From an uncultured Lachnospiraceae bacterium (GTDB taxonomy: Bacteria; Bacillota; Clostridia; Lachnospirales; Lachnospiraceae), in assembly GCA_910587085.1 (NCBI GenBank), contig CAJUMC010000004.1, forward strand, positions 4,583-68,582: 64,000 nt of DNA, read 5' to 3'. The notes beneath the pieces are model-generated. The model did no database searches. It worked only from the letters and a program-made list of their open reading frames with translations, and had not been told where the DNA came from. The translations under genes and the position numbers were made by a program. How positions within the stretch are numbered: the first letter of the stretch is position 1; every line of letters begins with the position of its first letter. Below, in pieces: positions 24,402-34,921 of the stretch.

Positions 24402-25916
24402 TCAGCCCTGACCGCTGAGCGGCGCACCGTCATCAAACAGAGAGAGCTGCCGGCAGGTAATGTTTTCTCCTCTCAAATCCGCAGGCAGCCCCTTTTCGGC
24501 CTCCAGCAGATGGCGGATAATATACGACTCGTCCAGTCTGGTCGGATACATCATACGCCCCGAACAGGTGATAAAATACAGGGCCCGCTTCAGTACCACA
24601 CCGAGCTTTTTCAGCGATCCGAAATCCAGCACGGCGTTTCTGCGCGCCTGCACAATGCGCCGCGCGGACTTCGGCCCGATGCCCGGCACCCGGAGAAGCG
24701 TGAAATAATCCGCCCTGTTTACCTCCACCGGAAAACACTCAAGATGTCCGACAGCCCAGTTGCATTTCGGATCCAGCAGCACATTAAAATTCGGCCGTTC
24801 CTCTGTCAGCAGCTCCCCTGCGCCGAAGCCGTAGTACCTCAGCAGCCAGTCCGCCTGATACATGCGGTGTTCCCGCAGAAGCGGAGGCCCCCCCGGCAGC
24901 ACAGGGAGGCTGGAATCGTCGTTCACCCGTACAAATGCGGAGTAAAACACGCGCTTCAGATCAAACTGCCGGTATAATGCCTCAGCGACGGAAACAATCT
25001 CGAAATCCGTCTCCGGGGTCGCTCCGATAATCATCTGCGTACTCTGCCCGGCGGGCGCGAAGCCGCGTACCTGCCGCTTCGGAATACAGGAAAACGTCCC
25101 GGAACAGGAAGCTTCGCCGGCCGATTCTTCGAGAACAGGCACTCCGCCCGCATGCTCCCCTCCCTTCTCTGCGCCGGAGGAACTCATCCGGATTCTTCCG
25201 TACCGCTCCTTTGGGAATGTTTGGCCCTCCAGACTTTGCTGCGTATGCCAGTACGCCCCGCGGTTGCCCCCGTTCATACCGAGCAGTTCCCGGCTCTTTG
25301 CGATTCCGTTCTGAATCCGGCGCATCGGCAGAAGGATGTTTTTCCTGTTTTTATGAGGGGCAAGCCGCCGCAACCCGTCGGCCGTCGGCAGCTCCAGATT
25401 GACGCTCATGCGATCCGCATACCAGCCGGCCGCATCAATCAGGCTTTCGTCCGCTCCCGGAATCGCCTTACAGTGGATATAGCCGTTGAACCGGTACTCC
25501 TCCCGCAGCATACGGAGCGTTTCTGTGATCTGCTCCATCGTCTCGTTCGGACTTCGGCGTATCCCGGAGCTTAAAAACAGCCCTTCGATATAATTTCTGC
25601 GGTAAAACTCCATGGTCAGCGTACAGACCTCCTCGGGCGTGAACGCTGTGCGGAGAACATCGTTGGAGCTGCGGTTCGGACAGTATTTACAGTCGTAAAT
25701 GCACTCGTTTGTAAAGAGAATCTTCAGAAGGGATATGCATCTGCCGTCCGCGGAAAAGCTGTGGCAGATACCGGCAGCAATCGAATTGCCGAGCCCCCTG
25801 CCCGTCCCCTTCCGCTCCACGCCGCTGGAAGTGCAGGCAACATCATACTTAGCGGCATCCGCTAAAATCCGGAGCTTCTCCTCCATCGTCATATTTTCCT
25901 GATAAACTACAGCCAT
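24402..25916 (-). CDS. Putative DNA modification/repair radical-SAM protein (TIGR03916-like) with a C-terminal helix-hairpin-helix
   Basis: The start ATG at 25916 is preceded by GGAG with a 6-nt spacing. Motifs are KLRILADAAKYDVAC, the radical-SAM cluster CIYDCKYCPNR and the C-terminal HhH LLRVPGIGPKSARRIVQARR. Confidence 0.85.
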   Translation of the reverse strand: MAVVYQENMTMEEKLRILADAAKYDVACTSSGVERKGTGRGLGNSIAAGICHSFSADGRCISLLKILFTNECIYDCKYCPNRSSNDVLRTAFTPEEVCTLTMEFYRRNYIEGLFLSSGIRRSPNETMEQITETLRMLREEYRFNGYIHCKAIPGADESLIDAAGWYADRMSVNLELPTADGLRRLAPHKNRKNILLPMRRIQNGIAKSRELLGMNGGNRGAYWHTQQSLEGQTFPKERYGRIRMSSSGAEKGGEHAGGVPVLEESAGEASCSGTFSCIPKRQVRGFAPAGQSTQMIIGATPETDFEIVSVAEALYRQFDLKRVFYSAFVRVNDDSSLPVLPGGPPLLREHRMYQADWLLRYYGFGAGELLTEERPNFNVLLDPKCNWAVGHLECFPVEVNRADYFTLLRVPGIGPKSARRIVQARRNAVLDFGSLKKLGVVLKRALYFITCSGRMMYPTRLDESYIIRHLLEAEKGLPADLRGENITCRQLSLFDDGAPLSGQG

Positions 25917-25941
25917 ACTGCACTCCGCCCCTCGCAAAATT

Positions 25942-25955
25942 CGAACGTATGTTCT
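25942..25955. promoter_or_regulatory. LexA (Cheo/SOS) box
   Basis: Minus strand reads AGAACATACGTTCG against the Firmicute consensus CGAAC-N4-GTTCG. It lies between the -10 box and the RBS of the radical-SAM gene. Confidence 0.7.
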
Positions 25956-25960
25956 TCTCT

Positions 25961-25989
25961 ATTATGCACAATATCCAAACGATTGTCAA
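25961..25989 (-). promoter_or_regulatory. Sigma-A promoter of the radical-SAM operon
   Basis: Minus strand reads TTGACA (25984-25989), a 17-nt spacer, then CATAAT (25961-25966). Confidence 0.65.
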
Positions 25990-26143
25990 TATATAAATAT
26001 GTATTTCAGCTTGACATTCTATCCGTGGAAAATCCTTTCTCCGCGTGATTTGCCGCCCTCTTTATCCTGCAAAGCTTCCTCAGCCCTGTGCGACCGGGAT
26101 TCGTGCTTAAGAAAACGGGACGGATAACCCGCCCGGCATGCAC

Positions 26144-26189
26144 AAAAAAATCAGCAGGAGAGCCGGTTCGGCGTTCCTGCTGATTTTTC
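26144..26189. terminator. Bidirectional Rho-independent terminator; ends the xylanase transcript
   Basis: 10-bp stem ATCAGCAGGA (26150-26159) / TCCTGCTGAT (26175-26184) with an inner GCCG/CGGC stem. It is flanked by A7 on the 5' side and T5 on the 3' side. Confidence 0.8.
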
Positions 26190-26259
26190 ATAATCATATT
26201 TCCGGCACCTATAAAATCCGGATGTTTTCCATTCCTATATCTTTTAATTAAGCCGTCCG

Positions 26260-27633
26260 CTATTTCTTTACAACATCAAGAATCCGGAAAAGTGCTTCCT
26301 TCGGCTGCAGCTCTCCGTCAAACAGTCTGGAATATTCCTTGTTGTCCGGATAAAGCATGTATTCGTCCATCAGCCCGAAAAACGTTACGCTCGTGATATT
26401 CGCCTTTCCGCCACCGGCCGTATCCATCTCTGTCAGAAGCTCCAGCATTTCCTGATACCGCATCGCCTGGGCAAGCAGAGTCCGCTCATCCGGCTTCTCG
26501 ATGGCGACATTAATTGTAAGCTCGGTAATCTGAATCTCCAGACCCAGCTCCGCAAAATTCTCGATGGCACGCTGCACGCTTCCGGTCCGGCCCTTGATAT
26601 CCGGATCATCCCGGCCGATGTACGACTGCATTCCAACGCCGTCCACCAGGCCCTTCTCCGCCAGATCCTTTAAAAGCAGACAGATTTTTTCGTTTTTCAC
26701 CGGCTGGAACGTATTGTAATCATTGTAAAACAACTTGACATCCGACGGTGCATATTTCCTGGCGTACTCGAACGCCTTCTCCACATAATCCGCTCCGACG
26801 ACCTTGTACCAGAGATTTTCCTCCTCGCCGTTCTTGGTGCGGATAAAATAGCCCGTTTCGGTCTCGTGCGAGCCGACAGCCGGCTCCACGGCCTCGTTCA
26901 CTACATCCCAGCAATAGATCACGCCCGGATAATTTTCCGAGGTAAAGGTGAGCACCTGCTTAATATAGCTTTCCATACGGGCAAGCATCGTATCGCGGTC
27001 AACAAAATCCGCGTCGTCCTCATAGCCCTCGCGGAAAAACCAGTCCGGCACCTGCGCATGCCATACCAGCGTATGCCCGCGCATTGGAATCCCGTTCTCC
27101 TTGCAGAAATCAAGCGCTTCGATGCATGGGTCAAATTTCACTGCCGGCATCCCGTCGCCGTTTTTGCTGTTTTCGATGCTGCCGGCCTGATTGAGCAGAT
27201 AGGAAGGCTTCATCAGATTGGTCAGCGTCGTGCTGTTAAAATGATGCTTCACAACTTCTGACATCGCCTCGGAGCGTACCATAACGACATCGGCCGCATA
27301 TCCTGTCAGACCGACGCCGATCTTGAAATAATCGCTGTAGACATCCTTCAGCGAAGGAAGAGCGACCGCCGGCCCGATATTCATATTCTCCACGATCCAT
27401 TCCGGCGGTATCTCGGTCGGCGTCGGTTCCGGAGTCGGCGTGGCGGCTTCAGTCGGCGTCGGCTCTGGGGTCGGTGTGGCGGCCGGCGTCAGGGTTGCCT
27501 CCGGAGTCGGGGAAACATCCGCACTCTGCTCCGGCTCTTTCCCGCAGGCGGTCAGCCCCGTCGCTGCAATTACGGCCGCCATTGCGGCAACCGCAAAATT
27601 TTTTCCAGCCTTTTCCAGTTTTCTTATAAGCAC
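26260..27633 (-). CDS. GH10 endo-1,4-beta-xylanase lipoprotein
   Basis: 457 aa. Lipobox is ATGLTAC. A Pro/Thr linker shows a repeat (TPTPEPTPTE x2). GH10 motifs are GHTLVWHAQVPDWF, WDVVNEA (acid/base) and ITELT (nucleophile). Confidence 0.92.
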   Translation of the reverse strand: MLIRKLEKAGKNFAVAAMAAVIAATGLTACGKEPEQSADVSPTPEATLTPAATPTPEPTPTEAATPTPEPTPTEIPPEWIVENMNIGPAVALPSLKDVYSDYFKIGVGLTGYAADVVMVRSEAMSEVVKHHFNSTTLTNLMKPSYLLNQAGSIENSKNGDGMPAVKFDPCIEALDFCKENGIPMRGHTLVWHAQVPDWFFREGYEDDADFVDRDTMLARMESYIKQVLTFTSENYPGVIYCWDVVNEAVEPAVGSHETETGYFIRTKNGEEENLWYKVVGADYVEKAFEYARKYAPSDVKLFYNDYNTFQPVKNEKICLLLKDLAEKGLVDGVGMQSYIGRDDPDIKGRTGSVQRAIENFAELGLEIQITELTINVAIEKPDERTLLAQAMRYQEMLELLTEMDTAGGGKANITSVTFFGLMDEYMLYPDNKEYSRLFDGELQPKEALFRILDVVKK

Positions 27634-27641
27634 GCCTCCTC

Positions 27642-28283
27642 TCAGATCAGCTCTGAAATGTCGATATTCTCACCGGTAATGCCGACTACGGCGCCCTGCT
27701 TTGCCTCGGAGGTATCCTTATGCGCAATCAGCCACTTGTTCAGTGCAAACAGACGGTCATCCTCGGAATTTTTGCTCACAATCTCCGGCTTCGGGCCGTT
27801 TGTCCCTCTCGGAAGCACGATCGCGACGCGGAAGCTCTGTCCGTTTTTCGCACTGCACGGCGCGTAGTGCATCGTCGTCGCATAAAGCTCGACCGCCGTT
27901 CCCTTTTCCACAAGAAACGCCTCAACCTTTGAGGAATCAATGCTGCCGGAAGCCGCATCCTGCAGCCGCGCCACAAGAAGCACCGCGTCGTCCGCAGCGA
28001 TGTTAATCTCGCTGTCCTTGTGATATTCCAGACAGTTCAGCAGCGTATTCGTACCGTTGCAGTAGCCGATCTCGATCGGGAGACCTCCGTAGCAGTTGCT
28101 CTGAAGCTCCTTCGCCGCTGCCGTGGCTTCCAGGTTTGCGTCCGAAGCTACATAAATCACATGATCCGGCGCCTCCGTCGTTTTTGTCAGGATATCGAGC
28201 AGCTCCGCAAAATCATAGCCTTCCAGTACTCTGCCGTATTCCCGGAACGCAGCATCCTTTACATTCTGAATTTTCAAGCCCAT
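27642..28283 (-). CDS. DUF4867-like protein (cupin/ureidoglycolate-lyase-like fold)
   Basis: Start MGLKIQNVKDAAFREYGRVLEGYDFAELL is preceded by AGAAAGAGGGTAGG. The ORF track's 43-aa N-terminal extension has no RBS. The family name is from memory. Confidence 0.7.
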   Translation of the reverse strand: MGLKIQNVKDAAFREYGRVLEGYDFAELLDILTKTTEAPDHVIYVASDANLEATAAAKELQSNCYGGLPIEIGYCNGTNTLLNCLEYHKDSEINIAADDAVLLVARLQDAASGSIDSSKVEAFLVEKGTAVELYATTMHYAPCSAKNGQSFRVAIVLPRGTNGPKPEIVSKNSEDDRLFALNKWLIAHKDTSEAKQGAVVGITGENIDISELI

Positions 28284-28515
28284 AAAAAACCTACCCTCTT
28301 TCTGTGCCCCTGATGCACGATTGTAATAATGCCATCCCCTGCGCAAGCCGCCCATACACGATACACAGCATACCGGCACATACAGTATCTGTGCCGCAGA
28401 TATCCCCCGCATACCAGGCTGTCCGCAGTTCTGTCACCGATTATATCATAACCAGAATTCCTGTTTTTTTCAACTCAAATCCTGCTGTCTGCTGCTCAAA
28501 AACAGCGAATCGTGA

Positions 28516-28550
28516 CAAAACAGGGCTGCGCCGTCCGCGGCACGGCCCTG
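28516..28550 (-). terminator. Likely terminator after fhs
   Basis: Minus-strand stem CAGGGC...GCCCTG (28521-28526 / 28545-28550) encloses a GC-rich inner stem and is followed by UUUUGUC. Confidence 0.5.
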
Positions 28551-28630
28551 AAATTTCTCCGTTCCAAAAGCCTGCCCTTTCGGCGGCTCCGGCCTGCTGT
28601 TTCGCAGACGCCCTCCGCCTCCGGGCAGCG

Positions 28631-30301
28631 TCAGAACAGTCCTGTGATAACTCCCTCATCATTCACGTCGATCCGCTCCGCTGCCGGGGACTTCGACAGG
28701 CCCGGCATGGTCACGATCGCACCGGTCAGCGCCACGACAAAGCCCGCCCCCGCACACACATAAACCTCGCGGATATGGACGGTGAATCCGGAAGGCCGGC
28801 CGAGCCTGGACGGATCATCCGACAGCGAATACTGCGTTTTCGCCATGCAGACAGGGAAGGAATCAAAACCAAGCTCCGCAAGACGGCTCAGCTGCTTTTT
28901 CGCCGCTGCGTCGAATGTCACGCCGTCCGCCCCGTAAATTTCCCGGGCAACGGTCTCGATTTTTTCCTTCAGGCTCAGATCATCCGCATACAGCGGACGG
29001 AAACGGCTCTCTTTTTGTTCCAGCGTCTCCAGCACCTTTTCGGCAAGCGCAACGCCGCCCTCGCCGCCTTTCCCCCACACCTCGGAGAGGGCAAACTCGC
29101 AGCTGCGCTCCTCGCAGAAGGCCTTGACAAACGCCAGCTCCGCATCCGTGTCGCTCACAAAGCGGTTCAGCGTCACGATGCACGGCACCCCGTACTTCTG
29201 AACATTTTCGATATGCTTTTCCAGATTGACGATCCCCCGCCGCAGTGCGTCCATATTCTCTGCCGAAAGCTCCTCCTTTAAAACTCCGCCGTTGTACTTG
29301 AGCGCGCGCACCGTCGCCACAAGCACCACGGCATCCGGCTTCAGGCCGGCCATGCGGCATTTGATATCAAAAAACTTTTCCGCGCCGAGATCCGCGCCGA
29401 AGCCCGCCTCGGTAATTACATAATCCGCCAGCTTCAGGGCCGTCTTTGTCGCGCGGACAGAATTGCAGCCGTGCGCAATATTTGCAAACGGACCGCCGTG
29501 TACGATTGCCGGAGTGTTCTCCAGCGTCTGAATCAGATTCGGCCGGATCGCGTCCTTCAGCAGCGCCGCCATTGCACCGACCGCTTTCAGATCGGCCGCC
29601 GTCACCGGCTTTCCGTCAAATGTGTACGCTGCAATTATCCTTGCCAGCCGCTTTTTCAGATCCTCCATATCGTCCGCGAGGCACAAAATCGCCATAATCT
29701 CCGAGGCAACCGTGATAACAAAGTGATCTTCGCGCACAACGCCGTCCGTTTTTTTCCCCAGGCCGATCACAATATTGCGCAGCGCGCGGTCGTTCATGTC
29801 CTCGCAGCGCTTCCACGCAATCTGATTCGGATCAATATTCAGCGCGTTTCCCTGCATAAGGTGGTTGTCAAGCATTGCCGCAAGCAGATTGTTGGCGGAA
29901 GTAACCGCATGAAAATCTCCGGTAAAGTGAAGGTTCAGATCTTCCATCGGCACAACCTGCGCCATCCCGCCGCCGGCCGCCCCGCCCTTGATGCCGAAGC
30001 ACGGCCCGAGCGAAGGCTCCCGCAGCGCAATCACGGCCTTTTTTCCCAGTCTGCCGAACGCCTGCCCGAGTCCTACCGTCGTTGTGGTCTTGCCCTCCCC
30101 GGCCGGCGTCGGATTGACCGCCGTCACAAGCACAAGCCTTCCGTCGCTCCTGCCCTCAAGCTTTGCATAGAGACTATCAGAAAACTTTGCCTTGTATTTT
30201 CCGTAATAGTCCAGATCCTCCTCGCTGATTCCGAGCTTTTCCGCCACTCTTCCGATCGGCTGCATGCTGGCCGCCTGAGCAATTTCAATGTCTGATTTCA
30301 T
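28631..30301 (-). CDS. fhs: Formate-tetrahydrofolate ligase
   Basis: 557 aa from [16 protein letters not shown]. The P-loop context is [15 protein letters not shown]. Length and C-terminus are typical for Fhs. Confidence 0.95.
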   Translation of the reverse strand: MKSDIEIAQAASMQPIGRVAEKLGISEEDLDYYGKYKAKFSDSLYAKLEGRSDGRLVLVTAVNPTPAGEGKTTTTVGLGQAFGRLGKKAVIALREPSLGPCFGIKGGAAGGGMAQVVPMEDLNLHFTGDFHAVTSANNLLAAMLDNHLMQGNALNIDPNQIAWKRCEDMNDRALRNIVIGLGKKTDGVVREDHFVITVASEIMAILCLADDMEDLKKRLARIIAAYTFDGKPVTAADLKAVGAMAALLKDAIRPNLIQTLENTPAIVHGGPFANIAHGCNSVRATKTALKLADYVITEAGFGADLGAEKFFDIKCRMAGLKPDAVVLVATVRALKYNGGVLKEELSAENMDALRRGIVNLEKHIENVQKYGVPCIVTLNRFVSDTDAELAFVKAFCEERSCEFALSEVWGKGGEGGVALAEKVLETLEQKESRFRPLYADDLSLKEKIETVAREIYGADGVTFDAAAKKQLSRLAELGFDSFPVCMAKTQYSLSDDPSRLGRPSGFTVHIREVYVCAGAGFVVALTGAIVTMPGLSKSPAAERIDVNDEGVITGLF

Positions 30302-30512
30302 AACACCGCGCCTTCCTTTCCTTTCCCGTAAAAGCTCTTCGCTCCCGGGACCGCTTTCGTCTGACCAATTCGTAGTGCCATTATAGCAAAGACGGAAGAA
30401 AAAAGGAAGCATTTTCTTTTGCCCGCATCCGTACAGCATCCGTATATCAGCCGCAGAGCGCAGCAGATGCAGCTGCAGACCTGGGGATTACAGCAGTCGC
30501 CGAAGGCCTGCT

Positions 30513-31265
30513 CTACAGGGAGGTCGTTCCGCAGCTTAACATTTCTTTTTTCAGCCGCTTCATAATCTTTTTTTCCAGCCTCGATATGTAGGACTGCGAG
30601 ATGCCGAGAAGATCCGCAACCTCCTTCTGCGTGCGCTCCCGCCCGTCGCTGGTATTCAGCCCGAAGCGGAGCTTGACAATGATTTTTTCCCTCTCGCCGA
30701 GCTTTTCCAGCGCCTTGTATAAAAGCTTTTTGTCCGCCTCCGCCTCGATGCTGCGGTAGATCCCGTCCTCCTCCGTTCCGAGGATATCGGAGAGCAGAAG
30801 CTCGTTTCCGTCCCAGTCCACATTCAGCGGCTCGTCAATGGAAACCTCCATTTTCAGCTTGCTGTTCCGCCTCAGATACATCAGGATCTCGTTCTCGATG
30901 CAGCGGGATGCGTAGGTCGCCAGCTTAATGTTTTTGGCCGGGTTAAAGGTATTGATCGCCTTCATCAGCCCGATCGTTCCGATGGAAATCAGATCCTCCA
31001 CCCCGACCCCGGTATTGTCAAATTTCTTTGCTATGTAGACAACAAGCCTGAGATTATGTTTTGCCAGCACTGCCCGTGCTGTCGAATCCTCCGACGTGCC
31101 GAGCAGCGAGAGCGCATCCGCCTCCTGGGTCGGGCTTAACGGGGCCGGCAGAATCTCCGAGCCGCCTATGTAATGGATATCTCCTTTTTTCCGGAACAGC
31201 ATCGCCAGCAGATTCGGCTTCATGCGAAGCTGGAATTTGTTCGGCAGTACAATTTTAAAAAGCAT
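30513..31265 (-). CDS. sigE: Sporulation sigma factor pro-sigma-E
   Basis: 250 aa. The pro-sequence is followed by [15 protein letters not shown]. Region 2 reads [11 protein letters not shown]...[17 protein letters not shown]. It lies directly downstream of spoIIGA. Confidence 0.92.
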   Translation of the reverse strand: MLFKIVLPNKFQLRMKPNLLAMLFRKKGDIHYIGGSEILPAPLSPTQEADALSLLGTSEDSTARAVLAKHNLRLVVYIAKKFDNTGVGVEDLISIGTIGLMKAINTFNPAKNIKLATYASRCIENEILMYLRRNSKLKMEVSIDEPLNVDWDGNELLLSDILGTEEDGIYRSIEAEADKKLLYKALEKLGEREKIIVKLRFGLNTSDGRERTQKEVADLLGISQSYISRLEKKIMKRLKKEMLSCGTTSL

Positions 31266-31280
31266 ATTTTCCTTCCTTTC

Positions 31281-32111
31281 TCATTCCGATATGAAATCCG
31301 GCAATAAATCCGGATGCAAAATCATTTGATATTCCGTCCTCCCTGCCTCGAAATCCGCGCAGACCGCCACAACTCTGCCAGGTCTTACTTCTCCCTGCGG
31401 GAGAAAAAGCGCCAGCCCGGACAGCTCGGTTCCCTCCAGAATTCCCTCCCGGTTCCCGACCGAACGGAACGGAACAAACCGGCTTTTCTGCGGCTCCGCT
31501 TTCAGTCCCTCACGCACCGCGCTGATCAGCGCCCGGTCGGTGAGCAGAACAACCGGGCGGCCGCCGAACGGTTCATAAAGACAATTCCCCGTATCCAGCA
31601 GCCCGCGGCAGTGCACCTCGCGTCCGAACAGATGAAATTTCACCGGATAAATCCGGCGTTTTCTATTCTCCTGCCGCCTCGAACGGACAAACAGAATGCA
31701 TCCTGTTCCTGCTGCCGTTACTGCGGCAAGACCTGCTGCGGAAAGGGAAAGCCTGCTCTCCCGTATTCCCCACTGTCCGAGCAGCGCCGTGCCGAAGCCG
31801 GAAATCATTCCGCCCAGCACAAAGGCGACGGCAAGCAGAACAGTCCCTCTGTGCAGCACGGTTCTTCCGTCTCCGCCGAATGCCATCCAGGCCAGCAGCC
31901 ATGCGCAGGCCAGAAGGCCGGCAACTGCAGCAATGCCCTGCAGCCGGAGAAACACCGGGATACAGGCTGCAGCTCCCCCGGCGGCGGACGCAGCCAATCT
32001 TCTGCCGCACCCGGCGCCGCTTTTCAGGAATCGTTCCGTCAGGGTCAGCAGCAGATAATCCATGGTGAAATTGACAAGAAATATCAAATCAAGATACACC
32101 GTTTGTTTCAT
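31281..32111 (-). CDS. spoIIGA: Sigma-E processing peptidase SpoIIGA
   Basis: 276 aa. The N-terminal half is polytopic (YLDLIFLVNFTMDYLLL). The C-terminal aspartic protease motif is GLLDTGNCLYEP. Confidence 0.9.
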   Translation of the reverse strand: MKQTVYLDLIFLVNFTMDYLLLTLTERFLKSGAGCGRRLAASAAGGAAACIPVFLRLQGIAAVAGLLACAWLLAWMAFGGDGRTVLHRGTVLLAVAFVLGGMISGFGTALLGQWGIRESRLSLSAAGLAAVTAAGTGCILFVRSRRQENRKRRIYPVKFHLFGREVHCRGLLDTGNCLYEPFGGRPVVLLTDRALISAVREGLKAEPQKSRFVPFRSVGNREGILEGTELSGLALFLPQGEVRPGRVVAVCADFEAGRTEYQMILHPDLLPDFISE

Positions 32112-32237
32112 CTTTATCCTCTATATGCATGTTAATCACTTTATTGGAGTGCTTTTTCTGCCGCATATTTAGCCGGCGGAAGACGGTGATACGGTCTCCC
32201 TCACGGTTTTGTACGGCCTTGGATTGTCTTCCCGGAC

Positions 32238-32243
32238 ATTATA
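32238..32243 (-). promoter_or_regulatory. Candidate -10 box (TGcTATAAT) of the spoIIGA promoter
   Basis: Minus strand reads TTTACA, 21 nt, then TATAAT, with TGACAAA in between. The over-long spacer recalls the Spo0A-dependent spoIIG promoter of B. subtilis. The resemblance is weak. Confidence 0.3.
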
Positions 32244-32399
32244 GCATGCGTTTTTGTCAGTATCTGTAAATTATGGTAAGGATTTCTGTAAGTCATCGCC
32301 AGAATACAGCAGAATAAAAGAATATTCGATTGCGTAAGATTGCGTAAAAAGCCCGCTTGGGCAGGCGGTATTTTTCTTTGCCAAAGTACCGTTTATACC

Positions 32400-32441
32400 G
32401 AAAAAAACAGGGCAGAAAAGGCTTCTCTCCCTCTTCTGCCC
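32400..32441 (-). terminator. Rho-independent terminator after ftsZ
   Basis: Stem GGGCAGAA / TTCTGCCC (32410-32417 / 32434-32441), followed on the minus strand by UGUUUUUUU. Confidence 0.75.
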
Positions 32442-32507
32442 CGCAGAATTATCCGTTTTCAGATGCAGCAGCCGTTGTTTTGCTGCGCCGGGCGGCATGT
32501 CCCGCTG

Positions 32508-33782
32508 TTATTTATGCCGGCCTTTCAGCAGAAACTCCGGAATTTTGATCCCGCCGTCGCGGTTTTCCGTGTTGCCGGTATTCACCGGAGCACCGTAGCC
32601 GGCCGGATTGCTTCCGGCGGACGGATTGTTTCTGACAGCCTGATTATTGGCACTGCCCGGCTGGCTGCCGCGGTATGTATCCTTCTGCGCAGCCGGATTT
32701 GTATAAGGCATCTGAGGCTGAGGCTGAGACTGGGAAACCGCTGGACGGATGCCGGTGCCGAAGGCTCCCGCCGGCTGCGTACTCTTGCCCGCCGGGCGGT
32801 TCAGGAAATCCGCGGTTTTGACTCTTGGCGCCTCCTCCTGCAGTCCGGTCGCGATTACGGTAATCTTGGCCTGATCCGGCGTTCCCTCGTCGTACACTGC
32901 GCCGAAAATAATCGTCGCGCTGTCCCCTGCCAGCTCCTGCACATAAGTTGCGGCATCGTTCGCCTCGATCAGGCTGATGTCCCCGGAAATATTGATGATG
33001 ACATGCGTGGCCCCCTGGATCGTCGTTTCGAGGAGCGGGCTGGTGATTGCCTGTTTTACAGCATCAATGCACTTGTCGTCCCCGCCGCCGAAGCCGATGC
33101 CGATATGGGCAATGCCCTTATCCTTCATGACAGTCTGAACATCCGCAAAATCAAGATTGATCAGGCCCGGAACATTGATCAGATCGGTGATGCCCTGCAC
33201 GCCCTGCTGCAGAACCTCGTCCGCCTTGCGCAGTGCATCCGGCATCGTCGTCCGCCGATCCACGATTTCCAGCAGCTTGTCGTTCGGGATCACTATGAGC
33301 GTATCCACACTTTCCTTCAGACGCTCGATCCCGCTGATAGCGTTGTTCATGCGCTGTTTCGCCTCAAATTTAAACGGCTTGGTCACAATACCCACCGTCA
33401 GGATACCAAGGCTCTTTGCGATCTGTGCGACAACCGGAGCTGCTCCCGTGCCTGTCCCGCCCCCCATGCCGCAGGTGACAAACACCATATCATTGCCCTG
33501 GATAATCTCGGTCAGCTCGTCCCGGTTTTCCTCCGCCGCCTTCTCCCCCACTTCCGGCTGCGCTCCGGCGCCAAGACCCTTTGTAAGCTTTTCGCCGATC
33601 TGGATGCACTGCGGAGCCTTGCAGTTTTTCAAATGCTGCTTGTCCGTATTCACGCAGACAAATTTGACTCCCTGAATATTTTCCTCTATCATTCGGTTTA
33701 CCGCGTTATTTCCGGCCCCGCCGACACCGACCACCAGAATTTTCGCTGACGCTTCCGATTCGTTTGTCCTGATCTCTAACAA
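32508..33782 (-). CDS. ftsZ: Cell division GTPase FtsZ
   Basis: Motifs are [13 protein letters not shown] and [15 protein letters not shown]. The C-terminal peptide is KIPEFLLK. The likely start is the TTG at 33782, giving MLEIRTNES and matching B. subtilis MLEFETN, with GAAGGAGG upstream. The ORF track's ATG at 33806 has no RBS. Confidence 0.95.
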   Translation of the reverse strand: MLEIRTNESEASAKILVVGVGGAGNNAVNRMIEENIQGVKFVCVNTDKQHLKNCKAPQCIQIGEKLTKGLGAGAQPEVGEKAAEENRDELTEIIQGNDMVFVTCGMGGGTGTGAAPVVAQIAKSLGILTVGIVTKPFKFEAKQRMNNAISGIERLKESVDTLIVIPNDKLLEIVDRRTTMPDALRKADEVLQQGVQGITDLINVPGLINLDFADVQTVMKDKGIAHIGIGFGGGDDKCIDAVKQAITSPLLETTIQGATHVIINISGDISLIEANDAATYVQELAGDSATIIFGAVYDEGTPDQAKITVIATGLQEEAPRVKTADFLNRPAGKSTQPAGAFGTGIRPAVSQSQPQPQMPYTNPAAQKDTYRGSQPGSANNQAVRNNPSAGSNPAGYGAPVNTGNTENRDGGIKIPEFLLKGRHK

Positions 33783-34006
33783 AGTGCTTCCTCCTTCAAT
33801 TCCCATATTAAAACAAGAAAAGCCCTCTGAAGTTTTACTGTCCGTCTGCTTTTCTACGCTTAATTTCCATTTATTTCCACGTCATGCGGCGCACCGGACC
33901 CCCTGGCCGGTAAACTCACACTGACCCTACCTTATATAATAAAGTGAAATGCAAAAATAATCAAGCAGAATTTTATATTTCTTGCATTTTTTTCTCAAAA
34001 ATCTTT

Positions 34007-34771
34007 TTACGGACTTTGCTGCGTTTCTTCTTCCAGAGGCTGTGCCGTTATCCTGTTATTTCCATTTTCGTAAAGAGTCATATCAATACGCAGACGTCTT
34101 CCCTCCGCAGATTCCAGCACGGAGCCAAGCACTGCAAGTACCTCATCGTAATACTGCCGCTTTCCTAATATCACCTCGCAGCCCTGGGTGCGAAGTTCCA
34201 CGGCATCATCCGGGCGAAACCGGATTTCCTCCACGATAAGCTCCTGTTTTTCGATCAGGCGGGCAAGGTTTAAAATAACAGTAAACATTTCTTCCTTTTG
34301 TACTTTGAGCTGTTCATGCAGAACTATTCTTGAAAAATTAAGTCCTGTAATAACAGGTATATCTTCCAGCTTTATCCGCGAGCTTTCTACGACAATTCCG
34401 TCCCGATCAAAATACAGATAGCTGCCCCGGTGCATTACGCAGCCGGTAATCCGCTTCTCATGCACTGTGATTCGGACAACGGAACGGTTCTTCCAATCCG
34501 TTTCCACTTTCTCCACAAAGGGGATCGGGTCGGCCCCCCACCACTTCATGCGCAGCCAGAACAGCACCGATACCCGATCCGTCGGCTTTGTCATAAGCAG
34601 TTCCTCCAGCTCCTGAGCGGTATATCTTGTATTACCCTCAATTTCAAGCTCCTTCAGCTCGAAGGTTTTGACAAATACAATGAATATCACCGCCAGCAGC
34701 AGGCAGAGATATAAAATTACAGTGAACAGCCGCTTTCTTCCCCTGCGGCGCATCTGTGTTACTTTTCTCAT
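34007..34771 (-). CDS. ftsQ: Cell division protein FtsQ/DivIB
   Basis: 254 aa. A basic N-terminus is followed by one TM segment (LFTVILYLCLLLAVIFIVFV) and then a POTRA-like segment (LKELEIEGNTRYTAQELEELL). Its position between murA and ftsZ fits. Confidence 0.85.
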   Translation of the reverse strand: MRKVTQMRRRGRKRLFTVILYLCLLLAVIFIVFVKTFELKELEIEGNTRYTAQELEELLMTKPTDRVSVLFWLRMKWWGADPIPFVEKVETDWKNRSVVRITVHEKRITGCVMHRGSYLYFDRDGIVVESSRIKLEDIPVITGLNFSRIVLHEQLKVQKEEMFTVILNLARLIEKQELIVEEIRFRPDDAVELRTQGCEVILGKRQYYDEVLAVLGSVLESAEGRRLRIDMTLYENGNNRITAQPLEEETQQSP

Positions 34772-34921
34772 AATTTATTTCCAGCCAATCCGACCGTTTC
34801 GCGGTCTTTTTTCCCTCCGTAACATTTCTCTGACCTTTGCGTTCTTTTTCCGCCCGCTCGCCCTCCCCGGGACAAATGCCGTTCTCCCGCCTCTTTAAGA
34901 GGCTTGAAAAACCTTCTCTTT

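Noticed and set aside
30302-30388. Possible ZTP or THF riboswitch ahead of fhs, since ZTP elements often precede fhs in Clostridia.
   Set aside because: The leader after the TGcTATAAT box is only about 78 nt. I could not find the conserved ZTP or THF core sequences.
30302-30439. Upstream extensions of fhs in the ORF track. The same applies to the DUF4867-like gene (28284-28412), ychF (47751-47843), mraZ (45234-45305), the HTH regulator (18182-18241) and the radical-SAM gene (25917-25937).
   Set aside because: Internal ATGs with good RBSs coincide with the conserved N-termini of the respective families. The extensions have no RBS and an odd composition.
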